Below are positions 19,855 to 27,604 of a stretch of 54,534 bases of DNA, piece after piece. The stretch's first letter is position 1, and the number at the start of each line of letters is the position of its first letter. The notes under the pieces are model-generated. The model did no database searches. It saw only the letters and a program-made list of their open reading frames with translations, and was not told the DNA's origin. Location of the stretch: the NCBI GenBank assembly GCA_049273785.1, contig JBASRJ010000114.1, positions 1 through 54,534 of the forward strand, read 5' to 3'. Source of the stretch: Gaiellaceae bacterium (GTDB taxonomy: Bacteria; Actinomycetota; Thermoleophilia; Gaiellales; Gaiellaceae). The translations under genes and the position numbers were made by a program.

Positions 19855-20334
19855 TCAGACGCCCACTTCCTGCGGCACGCGCGCCTCGGCCACGCCGGAA
19901 TCGGCGAGGCTCTTGAGCGCGGCGGCGCTGCGCTGCGTGTCGAGATAGACGCGGACCGCCTTCGCTTTCGCCTTCTCGAGCTCGATCATGTGCAGACCTT
20001 CGTTCTCGAAGACGTGGCCGTTCTCCAACACGCAGTAGACGGCCCACTCGGCTGAGACGACGGTCGTCCCCCACGGTGCTCCCTCGACGACGATGTCCTT
20101 GATCGTCCACTTGATCCCGGGGAAGAAGCGGAAGAAGCGCTGGAACCACTGGCCGAGCGCCTCCTTCCCCCGCATCGTCCCGCCGAGCGCGTGCTTTCCC
20201 GGATAGGTGAAGACGACGTCGTCGTGCACGGCCTTGATGAACGGGCCGGAGTCGGCCTCGTTCAGCTTCTCGAACATGCCGCGCGTCTTCTGCGCGACGA
20301 GGACGTGATACATCGGCGTCACCTCCGGTGCCAC
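19855..20334 (-). CDS. NTF2/SnoaL-like protein (tandem paralog B)
   Basis: 159 aa, paralogous to 19377-19853 with a 1-nt intergenic gap. Confidence 0.7.
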   Translation of the reverse strand: MAPEVTPMYHVLVAQKTRGMFEKLNEADSGPFIKAVHDDVVFTYPGKHALGGTMRGKEALGQWFQRFFRFFPGIKWTIKDIVVEGAPWGTTVVSAEWAVYCVLENGHVFENEGLHMIELEKAKAKAVRVYLDTQRSAAALKSLADSGVAEARVPQEVGV

Positions 20335-20406
20335 GATTCGGCGGCACGATGGCTTTGGGCTCCCTACCCCGGTTCGGAGTCAGCTTCGAACCTGGCCGAA
20401 CGCTTG

Positions 20407-20577
20407 TCAAGTTAGATCGGAAGCGCCTATTGCCCGATCCGCGAGCTGCTCGACCGTCTTGGGCCCGTCACGAAGCAGGTCGGCGATTCCGATCTTCGTG
20501 GCGACGTAAAGCGCCTGCGCCGGCCAGTGCACGGTCATCACCACGATGAGCGCGATCGAGCGCGGAGACAGAATCAT
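20407..20577 (-). pseudogene. Truncated remnant of an O-methyltransferase (N-terminal dimerisation/wHTH segment only)
   Basis: The 56-codon ORF MILSPRSIALIVVMTVHWPAQALYVATKIGIADLLRDGPKTVEQLADRAIGASDLT* matches the N-terminus of plant-type/PKS-type OMTs. It stops before any SAM-binding domain. Confidence 0.5.
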
Positions 20578-20648
20578 CCGCCAGCGCAGCGCATTCACGC
20601 TGCTCGCCGTGCGGGCCGGGATGTTCCGTAGGGGCAGGCGGCGTGCGT

Positions 20649-22025
20649 TCAGGGCGTCGAGCGCTCGACGCGCACCATCACCGGGTCGCGCGGTCGGAGC
20701 GAGATCGCGGGTTCCGGAAAGACGACCTGCCCGGGGACGAGATCGAGCCGGTAGCGCTGCGCAACCATCGCGACCACGAGTGGCATCTCGAGCGCCGCGA
20801 ACGTGTTGCCGATGCACTTCCGCGGCCCACCCCCGTAGGGGAAGTAGGCCATGCGGGGAAGACCTGCCGAGCGTTCCGGCGTGAAGCGTTCCGGATCGAA
20901 GCCTTCCGGGTTGTGCCAGAAATCGGGATGACGGTGCGTGACGTACGGACAGAGGACCACCGTGCTGTCCTTCGGGATGTGGTAGCCGCCGACGGTGTCG
21001 TCATCAGCGGCGCGCCGCATCAGCACGAAGATCGGCGGATAGTGCCGCATCGCCTCGAGCAGCACGTACTCCGTGTACTTGAGGTTGGGAACGTCCTCAA
21101 CCGTGGGCGTACGCCCGCCGAGCACCTCGTCGACCTCGGCCTTCAGCTTGCGCCAGCAGTCGGGATTCTGCGACAGCAGGTACCAGGTCCAGGTCAGGGC
21201 GGACGAGACGGTCTCGTGGCCTGCGATGAAGAATCCGATCACCTCGTCGCGGGCCTGCTGATCCGTGATCGCCGCCCCGGTCTCCGGGTCCTGGGAGTCG
21301 AGCAGCATGTTGACGAAGTCCTCGGTGGGATCCGTCGCCCTACGGTGCTCCCCGATGATGCGATAGATGACGTCGTTGAGGGCGCTGAGCGTTGCGTTGA
21401 AGCGCCGCGTCGACGGGAGCGGAAAGTGCTGGGGGTCGATCGGCGAGGTCAGCCGACGGTTCGTGTGGCTGAGCGCGTAGTAGACCGCGGGCTCGATCTC
21501 GTCGAGGGCCTCGCGTAGGTCGAATTTGAACAGCGCCGTCGCCAGGTTCGCGAGACTGATGTGCATCATCTCCGACTTGACGTCGAGCGGCTGTCCGCGC
21601 TCGGCGTAGCCCGACCACTTCTCGAGCATCTCGCCGGTGGTCTCGATCATCGTCGGTCCGAACCCCTTCACCCGCTCGGGATCGAACGCGGGCTGCGTGA
21701 CGCGGCGCGCGTTGGCCCAGCGCTCGCCCTCCGCCGCGACGAGTCCCTTGCCGACGATCGACTTGAGCTTGTCCGTGACGAACTCGGGACGCGGATAGTT
21801 GGCGACGTTGTCGCGCAGGACCTGCTCCACGTAATCGGGATGGACGAGCAGGTTGATCGTCAGCGGCCCGCGGAAGTGGACGATGTCGCCGTAGGCGCGC
21901 CACGCGTCCATGAACGCCTGCACGTTGTCCCGCTGGATCTCGCGGATGCTCCCGAGGATCGGGTGTCCGCGCGGGCCCGGAATTGGGCGACCCTGCTGCC
22001 GCAGCTCTGCCGCCTGGGCCGTCAC
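20649..22025 (-). CDS. Cytochrome P450 (paralog 4)
   Basis: [30 protein letters not shown] and IPGPRGHPILGS. The GTG start at 22025 overlaps the MFS stop (GTGA). The 1117-aa ORF listed in the track is a read-through artefact. Confidence 0.93.
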   Translation of the reverse strand: MTAQAAELRQQGRPIPGPRGHPILGSIREIQRDNVQAFMDAWRAYGDIVHFRGPLTINLLVHPDYVEQVLRDNVANYPRPEFVTDKLKSIVGKGLVAAEGERWANARRVTQPAFDPERVKGFGPTMIETTGEMLEKWSGYAERGQPLDVKSEMMHISLANLATALFKFDLREALDEIEPAVYYALSHTNRRLTSPIDPQHFPLPSTRRFNATLSALNDVIYRIIGEHRRATDPTEDFVNMLLDSQDPETGAAITDQQARDEVIGFFIAGHETVSSALTWTWYLLSQNPDCWRKLKAEVDEVLGGRTPTVEDVPNLKYTEYVLLEAMRHYPPIFVLMRRAADDDTVGGYHIPKDSTVVLCPYVTHRHPDFWHNPEGFDPERFTPERSAGLPRMAYFPYGGGPRKCIGNTFAALEMPLVVAMVAQRYRLDLVPGQVVFPEPAISLRPRDPVMVRVERSTP

Positions 22026-23467
22026 TGCTGGCTCCCGTGGGCCAAGGCTGACGTCTCGGCGGCCTCGGTCTTGCCGTGCCCCCGCACGCCCAGCAAGGCG
22101 ACGAGGGCGCTCGCGAACGAGATGATGGCGGCGACCACCGCGACCGTTCGCCACGCAGACGTGAACTCGTGCGCGTAGCCGGGCAGGCCCGGCGTCAGGC
22201 CGCTCAGCCTGGCGCTCACGATCGCGCCCATGATCGCGACGCCAAGAGCTCCGCCGAGCTGGCGGAAAACCTGCATCACGCCGGAGGCCACGCCCGCTTT
22301 GTCGACGTCGGCAGACTCCAGGATCGCCTCCGTCATCGGAGCCACGATCAGGCCGAAACCAGCGCCGCCGACGAAGAGCCACGGCCCGATGTTCCAGAAG
22401 CTCGCACTCTCGTCGAGCCGCGACATCGCGACCATCGCCACGCCGTACAGCGCCATTCCGACCGCCATCGGCAACCGTGGTCCGATCTTGGCGGCCAGAC
22501 CTCCCGCGAGCGGCGCGATCAGAAGAATCGCGGCGCTGCTGACGAGGAAGGTCGCGCCCGCCTGGACGGCCGAGTAGCGGAGCACCGTCTGCAGGAAGAT
22601 CGAGAAGTACAGGATGTAGGTGAAGAGCCCGATGAACATCAGCAGCCCGGTCACGTTCGCTGCGGCGAACGTGCGGTTCCGGAACAGGCTCAGGTCGAGC
22701 ATCGGCAGGCGCTGACGCATCTCGATCACCAGGAACGCGATCAAGAGGACCCCCGAGCCGACGAACGAGCCGACGATCCGGGCGGAGCCCCAGCCGTAGT
22801 CGTTTCCCTGGATCAGCGCGTAGTTGAGCGCGAAGATTGCGAGCCCGGATGTCACCAGGCCCGGCACGTCCAGGCGTCTCTCTGCAGAGCTGTCTTTCGA
22901 TTCGTCGACGAGCCTGAACGTGGCGAGGATGCCGATCACGCCGACGGGGATGTTGATGAAGAAGATCCACCCCCAACCAGCGTGCTGGACGAGCACGCCG
23001 CCGATCATCGGGCCGATCGCGAGCGCGCCGCCCGAGAGCGCAGCCCAGATTCCGATCGCGATCCCGCGCTCCTTCGCGACGAACGTGGCTGTGATGATCG
23101 ACAGCGTCGCGGGCATCATCAGCGCGGCGCCGACGCCCTGGACGGCCCGAGCGGTGATCAGCGCGCCGCCGCTCCCTGCAAGGCCGCAGGCGAGCGAGCT
23201 GCCCGTGAAGACGACCAGGCCGAGGACGAAGATCCGCCGGCGTCCGAGGAAATCCGCCAGCTTGCCTCCCGTCAGGAGCACGACGGCAAAGACGAGCGTG
23301 TACGAGTTCACCACCCATTCGACCTGGGTGAGCGACGCCTTGAGATCGGTCTGGATCGTCGGCAGCGCCAGCGACACCACCGTGTTGTCGAGCATGATCA
23401 TGAACACGGAGACGCCAAGGGCGCCGAGCGCCCACCATCTGCGATTCGCCTCGGTTACCAGTGCCAT
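22022..23467 (-). CDS. MFS transporter, 14-TMS DHA2/EmrB-like drug:H+ antiporter type
   Basis: 481 aa and highly hydrophobic. N-terminal MLDNTVVSLALPTI and LGRRRIFVLGL motifs. Confidence 0.9.
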   Translation of the reverse strand: MALVTEANRRWWALGALGVSVFMIMLDNTVVSLALPTIQTDLKASLTQVEWVVNSYTLVFAVVLLTGGKLADFLGRRRIFVLGLVVFTGSSLACGLAGSGGALITARAVQGVGAALMMPATLSIITATFVAKERGIAIGIWAALSGGALAIGPMIGGVLVQHAGWGWIFFINIPVGVIGILATFRLVDESKDSSAERRLDVPGLVTSGLAIFALNYALIQGNDYGWGSARIVGSFVGSGVLLIAFLVIEMRQRLPMLDLSLFRNRTFAAANVTGLLMFIGLFTYILYFSIFLQTVLRYSAVQAGATFLVSSAAILLIAPLAGGLAAKIGPRLPMAVGMALYGVAMVAMSRLDESASFWNIGPWLFVGGAGFGLIVAPMTEAILESADVDKAGVASGVMQVFRQLGGALGVAIMGAIVSARLSGLTPGLPGYAHEFTSAWRTVAVVAAIISFASALVALLGVRGHGKTEAAETSALAHGSQQ

Positions 23468-23494
23468 ATCGCCTCCACGACTGCCTTGCGGATG

Positions 23495-25045
23495 TCAGAG
23501 CGCCAGACCGGGGATGTCGGCCGGCTTGAACGACGGAATCGTGTCGGCGGATCCACTGTCCGCCAGGATCTTCGTCGCGGTGTTGATCCCGGACAGGATC
23601 ACGCGGAACGACGCCGGGCCCTCTTCTGTCCAGTGCCCGCACAGGTACAGGCCTTCGATCGGCGTCGCGTGCCCGAGCCGCTTCGAGCCGATCTGCGGCG
23701 GGGTCAGCTCCCAGCCGTAGGTCGCGCCTTCGTAGTTCCGCGTGAAGCGCTCGATGTCGAGCGGCGTGCCCAGGATCGAAAACGAGAGGTGCTTGCGCAA
23801 GTCCGGGATCACCGTCTCGAATTCCGCGACCAGCGCGTCCGTGTACTCGTCGCGGTAGTCGTTCCACGAACGGCCGATGTCGTACGGCGCGACCGCGGTG
23901 ATGATGATGGTGTGCTCGCCCGCGGGCGCAAGGTCGGGGTCGAGCATCGTCATGATGCTCATCGACATTCCGGCCGGCTTCCCGGCGAGGACGTCCTGCC
24001 ACGTGTCGTCGTGGTCCCAGTGCTTGTAGATGAAGGTCTCGTGCGCGGGCTCGTACTGCATCACGTCGTGACTCGTCGCGCCGTAGAGCACGCAGGCGGA
24101 TGCGGAGGGCTTCAACCGCTGGAGCCGCTTGGCGTACGACGTCGGCAGCTGGTCGAGACCGATCATGTCCTCGAACGTATGCCGCGCATCCGCATTCGAG
24201 ACGACGAGCTGTGCCTTGATCTGCCGCCCGCCTTCGATCTCGACGCCCGACACGCGGCCGTCCTCGATGAGGATGCGCGTCACCGGCGTCTTGACAGCTA
24301 GCTCACCGCCGTTCCGCTCGAGCGCGGTGACGAATGCGTTGACGAGGTTCTGGAACGTCCCCTGGACGTAGTAGGGCCCGTCGACGAGGACGCCGATGAA
24401 CTGCGAGTAGGCGAAGAACGACAGCCGCGTCGGCTCGGTGCCCATGTACGGCCACAGCGCCGAGGCCATCGCTTTCAGCTTCGGGTCGTGCAGGTGTTCG
24501 TCGAGCACGCTCTGCAGCGTCGCGGTGCGGTACTTGAACAGGGTCGGCGCAGCCTCCATCGCGCTGCCGAGCTGGCGCATGTCGACCTGCATCGGCATCT
24601 GGGCCGTCTCGAGGAACATCTGCCGGCGAAGGCCGAAGAAGGTGCGGATCCCCTCCTCCTCCTGGGGGAAGAGGCGGACGTGAGCCTCCATGAACTCGTC
24701 GAGCCCGACGGGGGCGAAGATGCTCGCGCCGTCCGGGAACTGCGCCCGGTACAGGTGGTCGATGTGCAGGAGCTTGCACTCGTCGAGCACATCGAGGTAT
24801 TCGAGCAACCCCTCGACCATCTCGCCCTCTGCGAGCACCCGGATCGCGGAATCGAAGGTGTAGTCGTCGCGCTTGAACGCGTGCGCGAGCCCGCCGGCAC
24901 CCTCGCCCTGCTCGAGAATGAGTGTCTTGTGGCCGTGCTTCGCGAGCAAAGCCGCCGTCGAGACCCCGCCGAGGCCGCTGCCGATGACGACGGCGTCGTA
25001 CGCGTCCTCACGCGGCCCACCCCCTCGGTCGCCGAGTTCGGCCAT
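23495..25045 (-). CDS. CrtI/phytoene-desaturase-family FAD oxidoreductase (paralog 1)
   Basis: YDAVVIGSGLGGVSTAALLAKHGHKTLILEQGEGAGGLAHAF is a Rossmann fold with a GG-doublet. The protein is 516 aa, and the C-terminal GLYLCGHWTEEGP is typical of the family. Confidence 0.85.
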   Translation of the reverse strand: MAELGDRGGGPREDAYDAVVIGSGLGGVSTAALLAKHGHKTLILEQGEGAGGLAHAFKRDDYTFDSAIRVLAEGEMVEGLLEYLDVLDECKLLHIDHLYRAQFPDGASIFAPVGLDEFMEAHVRLFPQEEEGIRTFFGLRRQMFLETAQMPMQVDMRQLGSAMEAAPTLFKYRTATLQSVLDEHLHDPKLKAMASALWPYMGTEPTRLSFFAYSQFIGVLVDGPYYVQGTFQNLVNAFVTALERNGGELAVKTPVTRILIEDGRVSGVEIEGGRQIKAQLVVSNADARHTFEDMIGLDQLPTSYAKRLQRLKPSASACVLYGATSHDVMQYEPAHETFIYKHWDHDDTWQDVLAGKPAGMSMSIMTMLDPDLAPAGEHTIIITAVAPYDIGRSWNDYRDEYTDALVAEFETVIPDLRKHLSFSILGTPLDIERFTRNYEGATYGWELTPPQIGSKRLGHATPIEGLYLCGHWTEEGPASFRVILSGINTATKILADSGSADTIPSFKPADIPGLAL

Positions 25046-25099
25046 CGATCAACCATAACTCCGTCGTTCCTGGAGGTCGAGTTGTGACAAGGTCCGGGG

Positions 25100-25567
25100 A
25101 TGAAGACAGCCATTGCCGACACTTTCAGCGCCTTGTTCACCGTCGGCTCTGGGCTCGTCGTTGGGATCGTCCTCTTTGAACACGTGATCATCCTGCCGCT
25201 CGTCTGCTCGCAGGAGCCTGGCCGCGGCGTCGCGACTCTGCAGTTCGTCGCAGCGCGAGCATGGCGGCTCGGACCGACGTTTGGGGTAACCGCGGGTCTC
25301 AGCGGTGTGTCGCTGCTCGCTCTCTGGCCGTGGCACGCTTTTCCGACAGCGGCAGCCTTCACGCTCGGGGGCGTGGTCGTCTTCCTCGGCGGAGGCGTCG
25401 TGACGTTCGCGCTCTACTACCCTGCCGACGCCGGTTTCCGCGGTCTGTCGGCCGAGACCGCGCCCGCGGCGGGGCCAGCGGCGCTCGCTCGCCTGGTGCG
25501 GCGGAACGCATCCGTGTCACGTTCTACGCGGCCGGGTTCGCACTCTTCGTTGTCGGCGGGGTGCTGA
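25100..25567 (+). CDS. Small integral membrane protein (about 4 TM), possibly DUF1772/anthrone-oxygenase-like
   Basis: Four hydrophobic segments in 155 aa. The family assignment is from general resemblance only. Confidence 0.45.
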   Translation: MKTAIADTFSALFTVGSGLVVGIVLFEHVIILPLVCSQEPGRGVATLQFVAARAWRLGPTFGVTAGLSGVSLLALWPWHAFPTAAAFTLGGVVVFLGGGVVTFALYYPADAGFRGLSAETAPAAGPAALARLVRRNASVSRSTRPGSHSSLSAGC

Positions 25568-25581
25568 CCTAGTAGGAGCCT

Positions 25582-26124
25582 CTAAGTGGCTTTCGGCTTC
25601 GGCCGGAGCCGCATCGTCGTTCGCTGCACGAACGCCATCACGCGCTCCGGGCGGCTCCCGCGGGCGGGCGCCAGACCCAGCTGGCGGGCGACCTCTGCGA
25701 GGTCGTACCGGCCCCGGTAACGCGAGACTAGGCCACCGCGGAACTCGTAGACGTCGATGCCCTCCACGTCGATCCGCTTGCCGGTCGCCGCGAATCCCGC
25801 CCACGGATCGGAACCGAGCATCGTCCCGGTCATGATCCATACCTGCGCCGCACGCGGCCCCTCGAGTGCGAGCATCGGCGGCTCCGGCAGCGTGAAGGCG
25901 AGATCGGGGAACATCGACCACGTCCCCTCCAGGTACTCCCGTACCGCCTGCCGGCCGCGCTCCGGTTGGGGGAGCGCCGGGTCCTCCCAGAGGACGTCGT
26001 CCGTGCAGAGCCCGACCAACGCATCGACGTCGTGGTCGTTCCAACCGGCGAGCCAGCGGGGCGCGAACGAGCGGACAAACTCTGCGTCGACACGGTCGAC
26101 GTCCGGCGCGGCTGTCTCCGTCAT
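25582..26124 (-). CDS. SnoaL-like polyketide cyclase/NTF2-fold protein
   Basis: WLAGWNDHDVDALVGLCTDDVLWEDP...AVREYLEGTWSMFPDLAFTL; 180 aa. Confidence 0.75.
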   Translation of the reverse strand: MTETAAPDVDRVDAEFVRSFAPRWLAGWNDHDVDALVGLCTDDVLWEDPALPQPERGRQAVREYLEGTWSMFPDLAFTLPEPPMLALEGPRAAQVWIMTGTMLGSDPWAGFAATGKRIDVEGIDVYEFRGGLVSRYRGRYDLAEVARQLGLAPARGSRPERVMAFVQRTTMRLRPKPKAT

Positions 26125-26137
26125 CAGGCGTTCCAGC

Positions 26138-27604
26138 CTAGTGCGATACGCCGAAAGGGGTCAAGTTCCGGTCCGCGCCTGCAGCGTCGAAGAACTGCCC
26201 GTGGAGCCCGAACGGGACACGGTGCGGCAACTCCGCTCTCGCGAGCTCCGAAAAGGACGATGCGTCGAGCACGAGCAGGAACGAGTTCCCGCGGGCCGTG
26301 TTGAACACGACGCACAGAATCACGCCTTCGTCTTCGGCGCCCTCGCGCGACGCGCTGACGAAGACCGGCTCGCCGGGATAGCACCCGTCCTCGAACCAGG
26401 TCTGGACCGACCGTGACCGGAGGTCGAGCTTGAACAGCTGGTTGACGAAGTCGTCGGACGGGTTGGACCGAGTTCCGGCCGCGTACATGTAGCGGTAATC
26501 GTGCGTGTTCAGCCAGAGGTTGATGCGAGGAAAGTCGGCTCGTTCCTCGCACAGCACGTCGTAGGAAATCGCTGCGCCGTCGCGGGAGAGGTGATAGCGA
26601 CGAACCTCGCCGAGTTGAAGTGAGGACGTCTCGTCGCGCAGCCGATCGAGATAGAGGTCCCGGATGACTCCGGCATCCGGGTAGAACGTCAGGTCGACGG
26701 TCAGCTCCTCAGGCGTCTCGAAGGCGTTGACGTGGTGGAAGCAGAAGAACGGGTCGGTTTCGTGGACGCGCGACACACGTCCGTCGCTCCGATCGATCAC
26801 GAGGAAACGCGTGGCCCGATCGGGCTTCCACTTGAAGTTCTCGATGAACGGCTTGCCGCTGAGCCCGAGATCGATCGGGCGCATCACCAGCGGATACTCG
26901 ACGAGGACGACGAAGCTCGGCGTCAACGCGAAGCTGTGAATGTATGCAGGCTCCTTCGCCGGCACCGACGCGATCAGCTCCGCGCGCTTCGTCCCCGGCC
27001 GGACACGGTAGACCCTGTACCCGCTTCGAATCGGGCTCGTGACGTAGGAGATCCACTCGCCGGTGTCCGGGTCGTAGTGCAGATGGGCAGGCTGCGTGAC
27101 GCCGAAAGGTGCGCCGTCGAGTCGAAAACGTCCGACGGTCGCAAGCTCGTCGGCCCGGATCTCCTGCATCTTGACCGTCTCGGTCGTTGCGACGTGTGTG
27201 CCGTCGAACCAAAGGATGTTGACGTTCGCGTTGTCGGTGGGCGGCGAGGCGATCCGCCGCAGGTACGACCGGTACGGGTCCGTGCCGAACTCGCGATGCG
27301 TGATCCGCCCCTTCGTGCGAGCGTCCGAATACGCCTTGCTCTGCAGGAACCGGTTCGAGTAGCTGATCGCCCCGTCGTCAAAGGAGAAGCGGTACAGCAT
27401 CGAGAGCCCGTCGAACCAGTGACGAAATTGCTCTGAGCCCGCCTCGTAGAGCGCAGGGCCCGTCCGGACGAGCTTTCCACGGAGCCAGTCGGGGAGGCTT
27501 CCGCGCAGCTCGAGGCGCACGTCGCTGACCTCCTCCGTGAGTGACGTGAAGCCCAGGGTGTGGCTCATTGCAACGGAGCTAGTGCTCAGCGCCGACGGCG
27601 GCAC
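26138..27604 (-). CDS. Carotenoid cleavage oxygenase family (RPE65/CCO) non-heme iron dioxygenase
   Basis: The four-His pattern lies in family-typical contexts (FRHWFDG, YIHSFALT, FHHVNAFE, FGLHGQFF). An alternative start is at 27568 (MSHTLGF); the longer form overlaps the upstream gene by 26 nt. Confidence 0.9.
   Translation of the reverse strand: MPPSALSTSSVAMSHTLGFTSLTEEVSDVRLELRGSLPDWLRGKLVRTGPALYEAGSEQFRHWFDGLSMLYRFSFDDGAISYSNRFLQSKAYSDARTKGRITHREFGTDPYRSYLRRIASPPTDNANVNILWFDGTHVATTETVKMQEIRADELATVGRFRLDGAPFGVTQPAHLHYDPDTGEWISYVTSPIRSGYRVYRVRPGTKRAELIASVPAKEPAYIHSFALTPSFVVLVEYPLVMRPIDLGLSGKPFIENFKWKPDRATRFLVIDRSDGRVSRVHETDPFFCFHHVNAFETPEELTVDLTFYPDAGVIRDLYLDRLRDETSSLQLGEVRRYHLSRDGAAISYDVLCEERADFPRINLWLNTHDYRYMYAAGTRSNPSDDFVNQLFKLDLRSRSVQTWFEDGCYPGEPVFVSASREGAEDEGVILCVVFNTARGNSFLLVLDASSFSELARAELPHRVPFGLHGQFFDAAGADRNLTPFGVSH

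Noticed and set aside
20649-24002. 1117-aa ORF suggesting a giant fusion protein
   Set aside because: Only the C-terminal 458 codons (the P450) look like protein. The upstream part is out-of-frame read-through across the MFS and CrtI-like genes, which are in other frames and have clear signatures.
22076-24301. 741-aa plus-strand ORF
   Set aside because: It is antisense to the MFS and CrtI-like genes and has the RD/RE-rich composition of a shadow ORF.
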